This document shows, in pieces, positions 18,607 through 28,249 of a DNA stretch of 64,000 nt; positions within the stretch are counted from its first letter, which is position 1, and every line of letters starts with the position of its first letter. A program made the translations under genes and the position numbers. The notes under the pieces were generated by a model. It was not told where the DNA came from. It saw only the letters and a program-made list of their open reading frames with translations, and did not search any database. The DNA comes from Candidatus Bipolaricaulota bacterium (GTDB lineage: Bacteria; Bipolaricaulota; Bipolaricaulia; M55B111): contig JAGYME010000003.1 of assembly GCA_018400715.1 (NCBI GenBank), forward strand, positions 8,996 to 72,995, written 5' to 3'.

Positions 18607-20166
18607 TTAGTTCTCACGCCCCTCGAGGGCCGATTGCCAGTCGTCGTAAAGGCTGGCGTATCCAGAGAAGTAATCGACTGCCGTTTCCTCGTAGGATTTG
18701 GCTTCTTCCGGTTGCCCGGATTCTTTATAGATAAGGCTGAGGACCGCAGCAGCGAGTGCGCTTTTCTCCCTATCGTCTGCCACCCGGCTTGACTCCTTGG
18801 CGTATTCGAGCGCCTCCGGGAGTGAGCCTTCCCTTTCCAGCCAGTAGTTAAATAACGACTTTGCCATGAACCCGATGAATGGAGAGACGGCCTCACCGGT
18901 TGTGAGGGTGAATTTACCTTCGTCGCCTTCGTTGAGGACCCGGTCCAACCCGTGCGTTGCCTCCTCCAGCAGACCCTTCTCCGCAAAGGAATTTATCGTT
19001 TCCAGGGTTAGTCGGGGAGTCCCTTTAAAGTGGAGAAAGGCCTGCCGGACAGCTCTGTCCAGGTCGTCTCGGTCGCCGGAATCGAGGTATTTGCTCTGAT
19101 AGACGTCCACCAGAAACCCGTGGTCTACTTCGGGAGCGCCCTCCTCCATGGAATCGATAGCCATCTCCCACTCTCCCAGGTCCCGGGCGACATGTGCCCG
19201 TAACTTGTAGAGGTCGACGAGCTTGACCTCGTTATTGAGGAACTGGGAGTAACGATTCGCGGCGTCGATTCCCTTTTCTACCTGGCTTAGAGCGGCCTGA
19301 AACTCGCCTTTCGATTGATAAAGTTTCGCCCGCAGTAGTTCCGTCTTCGGGGAATAGGGGTCAAGGGGTTCAAGAGAATCTATTCTTTCTCCGAGTGAGG
19401 GCCCCTCGGATTTCTCCCGGCCGCCCTCACCGCTGGCTAGTTCACGTTCAACCCGCGACGCGGCCGAGAGGAAAGCTGACCTGCTCAGGTAGGCATTGAC
19501 CCACTTCAGGCCGACCTTGTCTGAGACGCCATCTTTTGGCGCTATCTTGATTCTCCTCACGAAGCTCGGCTGGGGAGATTTAAAGACCAGGTAATCGCCG
19601 AAATCCTCCGCGTAGTCAAACTCGGTCACGTCCTTGTTGACCGCCTGGGGAGAGGATCCTCCGGTAGAGAACGGATAGGAATCGGCGAGGATCCGTATTT
19701 GTCCTGCCTTGGAATCGTCCTTGAGCTGGAGGATTACCCTGTTCAAGTATGGAAATCTCCCCTCTACCTTATCACCCTTGTCCATGTGGAAGGTTATTAC
19801 CAGGCCGTCGTCGGAGCCTAGAAATACGTAGCCCGCTTCCTCGTCTGAGGTCTCACCGACCGGAGAGTGAACTACCCTCTCCGTCAGGTCCGGGCCGGTA
19901 GCATCTACCAGACACCCAAATGGGCAAAGAGGGTGGAAGCCGTCCTGGAAAATCGTGACCTTCTTCTGGGGTTCTCCCTCCCCTTTAATAGCAAATAGGT
20001 CGCGGTGAAAGGTATAGACGTAGTCGGATTCGGGATTGAATCGGTACTTAATCGGGTCCATCCGGTTGGTAAAGTAGAGAAATATTCCGGATATGACCAC
20101 GGCGACTGCCAGGATACCAAGCCCTGTCTTCAGGACCCTCATGAATCCGCTCTCAGCCTTTTTCAC
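18607..20166 (-). CDS. Hypothetical membrane-anchored protein with a helical-repeat (TPR-like) C-terminal half
   Basis: GTG start with GGAGGTG 6 nt upstream. One TM (LGILAVAVVISGIFLYF). The C-terminal half has TPR-like helical pairs (AKLYQSKGEFQAALSQVEKGI...). Confidence 0.6.
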   Translation of the reverse strand: MKKAESGFMRVLKTGLGILAVAVVISGIFLYFTNRMDPIKYRFNPESDYVYTFHRDLFAIKGEGEPQKKVTIFQDGFHPLCPFGCLVDATGPDLTERVVHSPVGETSDEEAGYVFLGSDDGLVITFHMDKGDKVEGRFPYLNRVILQLKDDSKAGQIRILADSYPFSTGGSSPQAVNKDVTEFDYAEDFGDYLVFKSPQPSFVRRIKIAPKDGVSDKVGLKWVNAYLSRSAFLSAASRVERELASGEGGREKSEGPSLGERIDSLEPLDPYSPKTELLRAKLYQSKGEFQAALSQVEKGIDAANRYSQFLNNEVKLVDLYKLRAHVARDLGEWEMAIDSMEEGAPEVDHGFLVDVYQSKYLDSGDRDDLDRAVRQAFLHFKGTPRLTLETINSFAEKGLLEEATHGLDRVLNEGDEGKFTLTTGEAVSPFIGFMAKSLFNYWLEREGSLPEALEYAKESSRVADDREKSALAAAVLSLIYKESGQPEEAKSYEETAVDYFSGYASLYDDWQSALEGREN

Positions 20167-20209
20167 CTTCTCACCTCCTGACGTGGAATCGGAGTTTAAG
20201 GATAATTGG

Positions 20210-22147
20210 TCACTCAGCGTTCGGGGCGTTCTCTATCGTAGTTGGCTCGACTTCTTCGGGAAGTTCGAAGCGAAAGACCTGCGAGTAGAAGTAAAGTTCC
20301 GCCTCCAGGGCCCGCTTGATATTCTCTTCGAAGCGGAAGCCGTGTTGCTCGCCCGAAAAAAGTAGATAGGCCGTCGGTATGCCCCGGTTTTTTAGTGATT
20401 CAAACATGGTTTCGGCCTGTTCAGGTGGGACCACCTGGTCCTCGTCTCCCTGGAGGAAGATAACCGGACAGGTAATAGATTCCGCGTGATCGATCGGAGA
20501 CCGGTCTGAGTACTTCTCCTTTTCTTCCGGGTAGGGTGCTATCAGGTTGTCTAAGTACCTAGACTCGAACTTATGTGTAGTCTCTGACAGCAAGCTGGGG
20601 TCGCTAACGCCGAAGTAACTGGCTCCCGCGTCGAACCTTTGAAGAAAGGCGAGGGAGGCAAGGGTCGTGTAACCGCCCGCGCTGCCGCCACGGATGATGA
20701 GTCTTTCTCCGTCGACCTCTCCTTTCTCGACCAGATATTTCGCCCCCTCCGAACAGTCCTCGACGTCGTAGACCCCCCAGTTTCCGTAGAGCAGGTCCCG
20801 GTGTTCCCTGCCAAAGCCAGTGCTGCCACGGTAGTTCACGTCGAGAAAGGCAAAGCCTCGGCTCGTCCAGAACTGAATATCGCCGGAAAGGGAGTTTCTC
20901 GTTGCTGCGGTTGGTCCTCCGTGGGCGGTGACGATAAGAGGAGGTTTCTCCCCCTCGGGTCCGCGAAACTCCTTGTTCTCCGGTGGGTAGTAGAACCCGT
21001 GTGCCTGAGGGCTTGAGCCCTCCGGGAAGCGAATAGACTTCGGTTGGGATAGGTATTTTTCGTCCACCTCGAGTTCCGTGGAGAGTTTGACCGTCTCATG
21101 TTTTTTGTTTGAGAGGTTAAGCTTTATTATCCCCTCCGGGATGCGGGGTGTGCCGCCGACGAAAAAAACGTCTTCTCCTCTCGTCCTCAGGGATGATATT
21201 GAGGTGTAAGGTACGTCGATATGACTAACCTTGCCAGTTGAAGGATTGACCGCCCCGAGAAACCATCTTCCCTCTTTTGAGTACGTACAGATGACCTGGT
21301 CATTTGAGGTGAAGTCGTAAGTGGAGTTTCGAAACGTCCAATCGGGGGCGCCAAATTCGGCCTCCTTCTCGGTAACCCGATTTACCGTCCCCTCTTTCCA
21401 CCTATAAAGATTCCACCAGCCCGTTTTGTCTGAGATAAAGTAGAGGTACCCGTCCGGTCCCCAGCTGGGTTGAGTAACCGACTCATCTGTTCCTCCGGCG
21501 ACAACTCTTTCGTCTATCACCTTGCCGCTTTCGTCAAGCTCTCCGAGGTGGAGCGAGGTCCCGTCCCAGGGCATGTTCGGGTGGTCCCAGGTGAGCCAGA
21601 ATAGGTAATTGCCGTCGTCGCTGAGTCCAGGACTCGAGTAGAAATCGTGTCCGCCGGCGAGTTGAAGTTCTCCGCCGTCCCCCTCCAGGTCTATCCCGAT
21701 GAGATAGTTCTCGGCCTCGCCTCCCCCTTCGTGATCTTCACATGCCGCAATTAACCTATCTCGGGCCGAGTCGAACGTAAAATCTGCGTAGCGTCGATCG
21801 TTGTCCGGGGTAACCGGCTGGGGGTCTTCTCCACCTTTCCCCACGTAGACTCTTTGATCGGCGAAATTTGTAAAGTAGACTACTCCCGAGCGGACGATAT
21901 AGGAGGCACCGCCGTACTCGTGAACTCTGCTTCGTGCGTTGTACCCGTCGGGAATTAAATCCTCCGCCGTTGACCCGACCGAATCCATTCTGACGACGAC
22001 GAGGCGCCCGTCCTCACTTGGTCTACTTTCCAGCCAGAAGATTTCTCCACCGTCTTCGGTTATCTCCCTCAGGCCAAGGGCCCCTGAGGCGACCTCCTCC
22101 GCCGTGATTGGTGACTTCCAAGAGCCATATGGTTTTACTTCTTTCAT
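20210..22147 (-). CDS. S9 family serine peptidase (beta-propeller plus alpha/beta hydrolase; acylaminoacyl/prolyl oligopeptidase-like)
   Basis: ORF 20210..22162. The preferred ATG at 22147 follows GAGGGGGAG. Nucleophile motif GGSAGGYTT and a C-terminal D...H (GEQHGF). Confidence 0.85.
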   Translation of the reverse strand: MKEVKPYGSWKSPITAEEVASGALGLREITEDGGEIFWLESRPSEDGRLVVVRMDSVGSTAEDLIPDGYNARSRVHEYGGASYIVRSGVVYFTNFADQRVYVGKGGEDPQPVTPDNDRRYADFTFDSARDRLIAACEDHEGGGEAENYLIGIDLEGDGGELQLAGGHDFYSSPGLSDDGNYLFWLTWDHPNMPWDGTSLHLGELDESGKVIDERVVAGGTDESVTQPSWGPDGYLYFISDKTGWWNLYRWKEGTVNRVTEKEAEFGAPDWTFRNSTYDFTSNDQVICTYSKEGRWFLGAVNPSTGKVSHIDVPYTSISSLRTRGEDVFFVGGTPRIPEGIIKLNLSNKKHETVKLSTELEVDEKYLSQPKSIRFPEGSSPQAHGFYYPPENKEFRGPEGEKPPLIVTAHGGPTAATRNSLSGDIQFWTSRGFAFLDVNYRGSTGFGREHRDLLYGNWGVYDVEDCSEGAKYLVEKGEVDGERLIIRGGSAGGYTTLASLAFLQRFDAGASYFGVSDPSLLSETTHKFESRYLDNLIAPYPEEKEKYSDRSPIDHAESITCPVIFLQGDEDQVVPPEQAETMFESLKNRGIPTAYLLFSGEQHGFRFEENIKRALEAELYFYSQVFRFELPEEVEPTTIENAPNAE

Positions 22148-22330
22148 TTCTCTCCCCCTCAATGATTGAGTCTATATTGACTTTAACGGCCAAAGTACGC
22201 TTTGCCAAGGAAAGGCGGCCGAAACTGGGGCACCTCTACCCCCCCTCCTGGGGCGAAATATTGCGAGATGTTCCCCCGGGCACGAAGGGGCATATTTTAT
22301 TTTCTTCCGGGAACTATTATACTTAGCCCC

Positions 22331-23224
22331 ATGATATATTTAGTAGTTACCGGAATTTGTTTTGGAGCTATCGGGATATTCGTGAAGGGGATTGGGGCTA
22401 ACATATCGACCTTACTGCTCGTCTCCATAAGGCTGATCTCGACCGCTCTGCTGATAGTCTTCTACGAGGGGTTTCGGGGGAAGCTTGACGGGCTCAGGCT
22501 TAATTCCGCCAGGGAACTGGGCATAGGGATGCTGGGTGGGTTGATTGGCTTTGCCCTCACGTTCAGCCTGTACCTGAAGTCCCTGTTGATAATCCCCGTA
22601 TCACAGGCCATCTTCCTCCATTACGTCGCCTTTCCCATAACGACCATCATCTATTCGGCCCTCGTCCTCAAGGAGAGGGTAACAAAATACGAGGTAATGT
22701 CGTTAATTGGAGCGTTCGTTGGCGTGTTCTTGATCTACAACGTGGCGATATTCTCACCTTCCGGGTCTCTCGTAGGCTATACGATGGCGTTCCTTTCGGG
22801 GATCAGTTATTCCGTGGTTATCCTGGTCTTGAAGTCCTTCGGGCGGGATAAGTCGACCCTCCAGACCCTCTTTTGGCCCGCCCTGCTCGGAGGTTTGGGG
22901 TTGATACCGGTCGTTTTTTTCGAGGGCGTAAAATTTGACCCGACGGGAGGAGCCCTTTGGAACCTCGTCGGACTGGTTCTATTTTCTACCACATTGGGTT
23001 ACTCCCTGTTCGCCAGGGGGCTCAAGGACGTCAGGGCTGGCGTATCTTCTATCGTCCTCATCGTCGTCGAGCCCGCGGCAGCCGTAGTCATGGCGGTAAT
23101 TTTTCTTGGCGAGGACGTCACGGGTTTTTCCCTCGCTGGTGGGGCGTTGATCGTCCTCTCGGGTGTATTTATTTACGTGACCAGGATCAGGGCCCAACGG
23201 AGTGAAGGGATCATTGAGGGCTAG
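22331..23224 (+). CDS. EamA/DMT family transporter
   Basis: ORF 22202..23224, but the first 43 codons are Pro/Gly/Arg-rich and non-membrane. From MIYLVVTGICFG onward there are 10 TM segments in two EamA halves. Confidence 0.75.
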   Translation: MIYLVVTGICFGAIGIFVKGIGANISTLLLVSIRLISTALLIVFYEGFRGKLDGLRLNSARELGIGMLGGLIGFALTFSLYLKSLLIIPVSQAIFLHYVAFPITTIIYSALVLKERVTKYEVMSLIGAFVGVFLIYNVAIFSPSGSLVGYTMAFLSGISYSVVILVLKSFGRDKSTLQTLFWPALLGGLGLIPVVFFEGVKFDPTGGALWNLVGLVLFSTTLGYSLFARGLKDVRAGVSSIVLIVVEPAAAVVMAVIFLGEDVTGFSLAGGALIVLSGVFIYVTRIRAQRSEGIIEG

Positions 23225-23235
23225 GCCTAATGGGA

Positions 23236-23880
23236 CTAGACCAAACGATCTATCTCCCGCAGGTCTGTTATAACACCGTCCTCGCTTCTCTCCGACCTTA
23301 AGCCATCTCTATCTATGAACGCGGACTTCATTCCTATCTCCTGGGGAACTTGATAATCGAACTTCCAGTGGTCCCCTACGTGGAGGCACCTTCTGGGGTC
23401 GACGGAGAGGGTGCGAGCGACCTTTTTATAAACGCCCTTGTGCTTCTTTACCTCCCCGAAGTCGGACACGCAGGAAAAGATCCTGTCAAACCTTTTTGAC
23501 ACGTCCTTTAACGAGTAATCGAGAAATATCCTGGGTGAATTGGAGACAACGATCAGTCTGTATTCTCCTCGGAGTTCCTCGATGACTTCGACCGCGTCCT
23601 CGTAGAGTTTGAGGTCATGGTACCCCTTTATTTCTGAAATAACTCCCTCGGCCGTTTCCGGTAGGCCAAACCTATCGAACCAGTACCGTGGTTGGTACCA
23701 CCGGAGATCCTCGTCGCCGATTCTATCGTAATGGGAGATGAGAATTTTCTTGGCTTCTTCCCTGTCTATTCCTTCCTTGCGGGCATATAGTTCGGGAAGT
23801 TTGTTAAACCAGAATTCATTTACGAAGTCGTCGTCTACAATCGTTCCGTCCGCGTCGAAAGATATAATTTCAGTTCTCAA
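23236..23880 (-). CDS. HAD-superfamily hydrolase
   Basis: Motif I FDADGTIV, motif II VVSNS, and a C-terminal GD motif (HVGDHWKFD). Confidence 0.8.
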   Translation of the reverse strand: MRTEIISFDADGTIVDDDFVNEFWFNKLPELYARKEGIDREEAKKILISHYDRIGDEDLRWYQPRYWFDRFGLPETAEGVISEIKGYHDLKLYEDAVEVIEELRGEYRLIVVSNSPRIFLDYSLKDVSKRFDRIFSCVSDFGEVKKHKGVYKKVARTLSVDPRRCLHVGDHWKFDYQVPQEIGMKSAFIDRDGLRSERSEDGVITDLREIDRLV

Positions 23881-24153
23881 TTGCGTAGCTCCTCCCTTGG
23901 TTTCGTAAATTATATACCACCCGCCCCCCTTCGTTCCACGGTAGCCCAGGAAGGCTTCGCGGGACCAGAAGAACTCTCTGGTTGAACTCGTAGGGGCTGT
24001 ATTGCTTGAAAAGAATAATCCGTTAAACTATACGGGAAATCGGGCAACTGCCGTTCTTTCTCAACGGGTTCGAATGAAAGGATTTGGTCCGCGTTCAGAG
24101 GCTGACACGACCCGAGAGGGCGCGGAAGTAAATCGCACAGATAAGGTGAGAAA

Positions 24154-25116
24154 ATGACTGACGTTATCTCCCTGGGCGAAGCGCTAATCGACTTCGTTCC
24201 CACGAAATCAGGAGTCAAGCTGGTTGACGTACCGGGGTTCAAGAAAAGGTTTGGGGGTGCGCCCGCTAACCTGGCGGTGGGACTGGCGAATTTCGGCGTA
24301 GACGTTGGTTTTATCGGGAAGGTTGGGGCCGACAGCTTTGGGGATTTTATCGAACGGGAGTTCCAGTCCCGCGGCGTAGATGTGAGTCATCTCTATCGAT
24401 CGGATAGGGCAAATACTACCCTCGCCTTCGTTTCCTTGACCGATCAGGGGGACAGAGATTTCGTCTTTTACAGAGATCCCGGGGCTGACGAACTGCTGAA
24501 CGTCAGCGAGGTGGCCGAAAATTACATAAGCTCCGGAAAGATTCTCCATTTCGGTTCCCTGTCCCTGACTGGCGAGAGGTCACGGGAAGCTACTGCGAAG
24601 GCGATCGGAGTGGCCAGGGATAACGGTTTGCTGATCTCTATGGACCCCAACTTCCGGTTTTCTCTCTGGCCTGACAGAGAAGTTGCTCTGAAGGAGATCC
24701 TGGAACTTCTGCCGGGAGTTGACCTACTCAAGTTAAGCGAGGAGGAGGCCGTGACCCTTGGGGGCCGTGATGACCTTGAATCATCCCTCGCGGAACTTAA
24801 AAACGTGGGGCCGGACCTGGTCGTCGTTACCCGGGGCCGCAGGGGATATTACTGTCAGTTTGACGAAGTGGAGTATAGGGGTGATGGGTATGAAGTCGAC
24901 GCCGTGGATACAACCGGAGCCGGGGACGGATTCATGGCGGGTTTTCTCTTTCAGCTTCGCGCCGAACTCGAGAGTTTTCCTCGCCTGAAGAAGGAATTTT
25001 TGGCCCGCGCGTTGAGCTTTGCTAACGCGACCGCTGCCCTGACCACAACCGATTATGGCGCCACCTCTTCATTTCCCGAAAGGGATGAGGTAGAACACCT
25101 GTTGGGGGAGGAGTAG
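24154..25116 (+). CDS. PfkB family carbohydrate kinase (fructokinase-like)
   Basis: GEALIDF, GGAPANLAVGLA, DTTGAGDGF. Confidence 0.85.
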   Translation: MTDVISLGEALIDFVPTKSGVKLVDVPGFKKRFGGAPANLAVGLANFGVDVGFIGKVGADSFGDFIEREFQSRGVDVSHLYRSDRANTTLAFVSLTDQGDRDFVFYRDPGADELLNVSEVAENYISSGKILHFGSLSLTGERSREATAKAIGVARDNGLLISMDPNFRFSLWPDREVALKEILELLPGVDLLKLSEEEAVTLGGRDDLESSLAELKNVGPDLVVVTRGRRGYYCQFDEVEYRGDGYEVDAVDTTGAGDGFMAGFLFQLRAELESFPRLKKEFLARALSFANATAALTTTDYGATSSFPERDEVEHLLGEE

Positions 25117-25131
25117 GGCTCTCGTGGATCC

Positions 25132-26241
25132 TTATTCGCCGCCGTCGAACTCTATCGTTTCGGGAAAGATAACTTCCTTTGCCGCCTTTAGCGAGTAACT
25201 ATCGGTCATTCCGGCGATGTAGTCCAACGCTATCTGTGATGGGTTGAATTCCTCCTCAGCTCCGTAAAAGCCGTCGTGGTGCTCTACGTAGTCACCCACT
25301 CGTCTGTCCAGGGGGATGTCACTGGCATAGTATCTGGAAAAATCCTTTTCGTACTCTTCGATTATCCCCCTCAGGTGATCAAACAGGATCTCCAGTATCA
25401 ATTTTGCATGGTTGGAATAACGTTTGAGTCTAGGGTGTTCGTAGATGTTGCTGTAGTTAAATTCCTTGAGGTCCTCCATCAGGGAAAACCTGTCCTCGGA
25501 AAACCCTATTCTGTTTTTTCCTTTTGACCATCGGATGACGTCCTTGACGAAGTTGTCAATTATCTCACCGTTCTTTGTCCCCAGTTCGCGGCGAATCCTC
25601 CTGGGTATGTCCTCTTCCTCTATCAGCCCAGCTTTAATTCCATCCTCGATGTCCCGGCCGAAGTAGGCGATCTTGTCTGACATCCTTACAACACAACCCT
25701 CGAACGTCGTTGGTCTCGTCCCCCGATTCTTGATCTGGGTGAGTTCTTTCTTTGCCGGGTACGGTTCGATGGATGGGGAGAACTCCTCTCCGTAGTGAGA
25801 GATTATCCCGTCCCGGACGGCGTAGGTTAAGTTTAACCCCTTTCCATAACGGGTGAGGTGATCAACTATCCTCAGGCCGTGGAGTTCGTGTTCAAAGCCG
25901 CGGTTATCGCTGTTTAACTCGTTCAGTATCTTTTCTCCCGAATGGCCAAAAGGGGCATGTCCGAGGTCGTGGCCCAGTGCAATTGCCTGGGCCAATTCTA
26001 CGTCCAGACCGAGCCCCTTGCAGATAGTGGCAGAAATAGTTGACACGTGTAGCACGTGCTCTATCCGCGTGCATATGTGGTCGTTTTCCGGAGCGAAAAA
26101 GACCTGGGTCTTGTTTTTAAGCCGTCTGAAGGGAAGAGAATGGATTATGGCCGTCTGATCTCGAAAGTATGGCCCTCTTACGTCTTCCTTTCTTGGTTTT
26201 CTTCTTCCTTTATAGACCTTCTCAGGAAGTGGGTTTTCCAT
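25132..26241 (-). CDS. HD-domain phosphohydrolase, dGTP triphosphohydrolase-like
   Basis: RDQTAIIHSLPFRRLKNKTQVF, HD motif LGHDLGHAPFGH, C-terminal DYIAGMTD. Confidence 0.8.
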   Translation of the reverse strand: MENPLPEKVYKGRRKPRKEDVRGPYFRDQTAIIHSLPFRRLKNKTQVFFAPENDHICTRIEHVLHVSTISATICKGLGLDVELAQAIALGHDLGHAPFGHSGEKILNELNSDNRGFEHELHGLRIVDHLTRYGKGLNLTYAVRDGIISHYGEEFSPSIEPYPAKKELTQIKNRGTRPTTFEGCVVRMSDKIAYFGRDIEDGIKAGLIEEEDIPRRIRRELGTKNGEIIDNFVKDVIRWSKGKNRIGFSEDRFSLMEDLKEFNYSNIYEHPRLKRYSNHAKLILEILFDHLRGIIEEYEKDFSRYYASDIPLDRRVGDYVEHHDGFYGAEEEFNPSQIALDYIAGMTDSYSLKAAKEVIFPETIEFDGGE

Positions 26242-26332
26242 AGTTTAGGCCTCCACGTTTATGATAACCTCTTTCACTTGTTTGTAAAAGGCAATTATGA
26301 CCGAGGGGTAGAAAGGTCGGGATGAGGTGATA

Positions 26333-27061
26333 TCAGCGTGAAATTTGCCGGAAGGCAAGGATTGCCCCATAAAGGAGGGGTTGGTGGAGAACGTAAATAA
26401 TTAACGCATGGCGGCCAACGAGGGTGGACAGGACGTTAGTGAAGTCAGGAATCGCAAACCTTCTCTTTCCACCGGGGTAAAGAATCGGCCCAAGGGAGAG
26501 GCCGAGGGCGACGAACCCAAACCAGGGGACCAGGGGAAAGTAGTCCAGGGACTGAAACCCCTCCGGTGTTACCCCGAACGGGAGCAATAAGGCCGTATCC
26601 AGGGTTAGGCTGTCCGTGAGTGAAGAGGTGACCCAGAAGAGAACCGCCGTAACCAAAAAAATGGTGGGCCGGATGGTCCTGTTCGTACGTTCCGTGAGGA
26701 CCAGGATACCAAAGCCCATGATTATCGACGTCCCGATAAAGTGCAGGGCGCCGAACAGGATTGGAGCCTCGGGGTAGAGGAGAGACGTGACTAAAGTAAC
26801 CGCACACCCAAGAAGAAAGATTTTGCTGCCCCGTAACAGGTACTTGCGGTTGAGATTCGACCGTGGTAACCCCTGAGCTTTTCTCCTGGAAAAACTGATG
26901 TAGAGGGAGAGGCCCACAAGTCCGAAGAAAGTTATCGCCGTCCCGTCGGCGGCCAGTTCCAGTCCGGTGGAATAGAGGTCGACTTCCACCAGATCCACCT
27001 GTGTGAGGTCAAACAGGGCGTGATACGCCACCATCAGGATTACCGCGACCGCCCTCAGCAA
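26333..27061 (-). CDS. DUF1624 / heparan-alpha-glucosaminide N-acetyltransferase-like membrane protein (start uncertain, see findings)
   Basis: Polytopic membrane protein. The ORF-track start is the TTG at 27061, but the family-typical R..W.ID.LR motif is encoded just upstream of it. Confidence 0.7.
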   Translation of the reverse strand: MLRAVAVILMVAYHALFDLTQVDLVEVDLYSTGLELAADGTAITFFGLVGLSLYISFSRRKAQGLPRSNLNRKYLLRGSKIFLLGCAVTLVTSLLYPEAPILFGALHFIGTSIIMGFGILVLTERTNRTIRPTIFLVTAVLFWVTSSLTDSLTLDTALLLPFGVTPEGFQSLDYFPLVPWFGFVALGLSLGPILYPGGKRRFAIPDFTNVLSTLVGRHALIIYVLHQPLLYGAILAFRQISR

Positions 27062-27222
27062 GTCTATCTCCCAGTACCGTTTGTTTGCGCTCTCGTTTTT
27101 TCCCCTGGAGAAATCCTTGTCTGCGCTTTCAGAAGAGATGTTTTCTCCACCTCCGCGGTGCCAATTTTAACGGGGTGAGAGGGGTGATTGCGACAACCGG
27201 GGGATAGGCAATTTTCTTCCCT

Positions 27223-27251
27223 TTGATATTGTAACAATGTTATGTTATTCT
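27223..27251 (+). promoter_or_regulatory. Weak candidate promoter with an embedded 5-1-5 palindrome upstream of the YhbD-like gene
   Basis: TTGATA (27223-27228), 17 nt, TATTCT (27246-27251). The spacer contains ATTGTaACAAT (27228-27238). Confidence 0.25.
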
Positions 27252-27913
27252 ATGCTGATACGATGAGCGAAAATATGATGTCGAAGAAACAGGTGCTCGC
27301 GGAAACGGGGATTTCCTACGGGCAGTTCTATCGCTGGAAGAGAAAAGGGCTAATTCCCGAGAGGTGGATTGTAAGAAAATCTACGTACACGGGCCATGAA
27401 ACCTTTCTGCCCAGGGAGAAGATAGTCGAGAGGATACTCAGGATAAAGCGTCTGAAAAAGAGTAATAAGCTCGACGAAATAGCGGAACTGCTTTCGCCAG
27501 AGTTGACCCAGAAGAAGTATACTCTCCAGGAGGTGGAAGACTTTCCCTGGATTGGCCCGGGGACGCTAGAACTCTTTGGCGACCTAACCGAGGGAAAATC
27601 AACCTTCTCGTTTCGCGACGTCCTTGGGGTGAAGTTCGTTGAATCTGCTAAGGATACGCTGGCAGAATGCGAAATTCGCAAAGCCCTCAAAATGTTGATC
27701 GATCAGGATGACCGTGATTTTGACGTTCACCTCCTGGTTGCCCGGCAGGAGTGTGGTGAAAAGAATTCCTTTTCTACCTACGGATGCGAGCGTTCGTTTT
27801 GTATTATTTCGGATGGTCGCGTCAGATTTGATCCGTCGGTGGAAGTCCTGGCGGAGGTTTACGTTGCTGATTTAGTCAGGGAGATAAAAGTTAGCCTGAA
27901 CAGACCTAATTGA
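27242..27913 (+). CDS. MerR-like HTH protein, YhbD/DUF4004-like
   Basis: N-terminal KKQVLAETGISYGQFYRWKRKGLIPERWIVRKSTYTGHETFLPREKIVERI matches the pattern I recall for B. subtilis YhbD. The start could equally be the ATG at 27263 or 27275. Confidence 0.7.
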   Translation: MLFYADTMSENMMSKKQVLAETGISYGQFYRWKRKGLIPERWIVRKSTYTGHETFLPREKIVERILRIKRLKKSNKLDEIAELLSPELTQKKYTLQEVEDFPWIGPGTLELFGDLTEGKSTFSFRDVLGVKFVESAKDTLAECEIRKALKMLIDQDDRDFDVHLLVARQECGEKNSFSTYGCERSFCIISDGRVRFDPSVEVLAEVYVADLVREIKVSLNRPN

Positions 27914-27931
27914 TTAACGGGGGAAAATGAT

Positions 27932-28249
27932 ATGAAAGCAAACCGAAACGGAAACTGGAAAGGATTACTCCTTATTGGCGCGGTGGCCTTTATTGTCCTA
28001 TTGTTCTTTGGTTGGGTGGTTAGTGCGGGGTTTGCCCTGCTGGCGACTATCGTAAAAGGAGTGGGTGTCCTGCTGGGAAGCCTGTTTAGGTACGCATTTA
28101 GCTCGCCCGTCAACCTGTTGATCGTTGGCGCGCTCGGTTACGGGGGCTACAAGCTCTACAAGAGGTACTTCTCCCGGGGGCCGGACAGAATAGATTACAC
28201 GGACAGCGACTTTGAGCGCGGCGAGGAAGGGCACTATGAACCGAGATAA
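27932..28249 (+). CDS. Small membrane protein (about 3 TM), hypothetical
   Basis: GGGGGA RBS. 105 aa with hydrophobic segments LLLIGAVAFIVLLFFGWVV, FALLATIVKGVGVLLGSLF, LLIVGALGYGGY. Its stop overlaps the next gene by 14 nt. Confidence 0.55.
   Translation: MKANRNGNWKGLLLIGAVAFIVLLFFGWVVSAGFALLATIVKGVGVLLGSLFRYAFSSPVNLLIVGALGYGGYKLYKRYFSRGPDRIDYTDSDFERGEEGHYEPR

Noticed and set aside
22202-22330. N-terminal extensions of track ORFs: 22202-22330 on EamA, 52267-52332 on YjjX, 52820-52993 on AbrB-PhoU, 59772-59846 on the TDH-like gene, and 1823-1861 on MsrAB.
   Set aside because: The extensions have atypical composition and no homology-like motifs. Internal ATGs with proper GGAGG-type RBSs coincide with the expected family N-termini.
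23881-24153. A 273-nt intergenic region with the ORF 23910..24242 (minus) and a CCAGGAAGG string reminiscent of SRP RNA domain IV.
   Set aside because: The ORF overlaps the PfkB kinase start, has no RBS and has a Pro/Ser-rich translation. The SRP-like string lacks the flanking conserved AGCA/GNAR helix context. No convincing structure could be built by eye.
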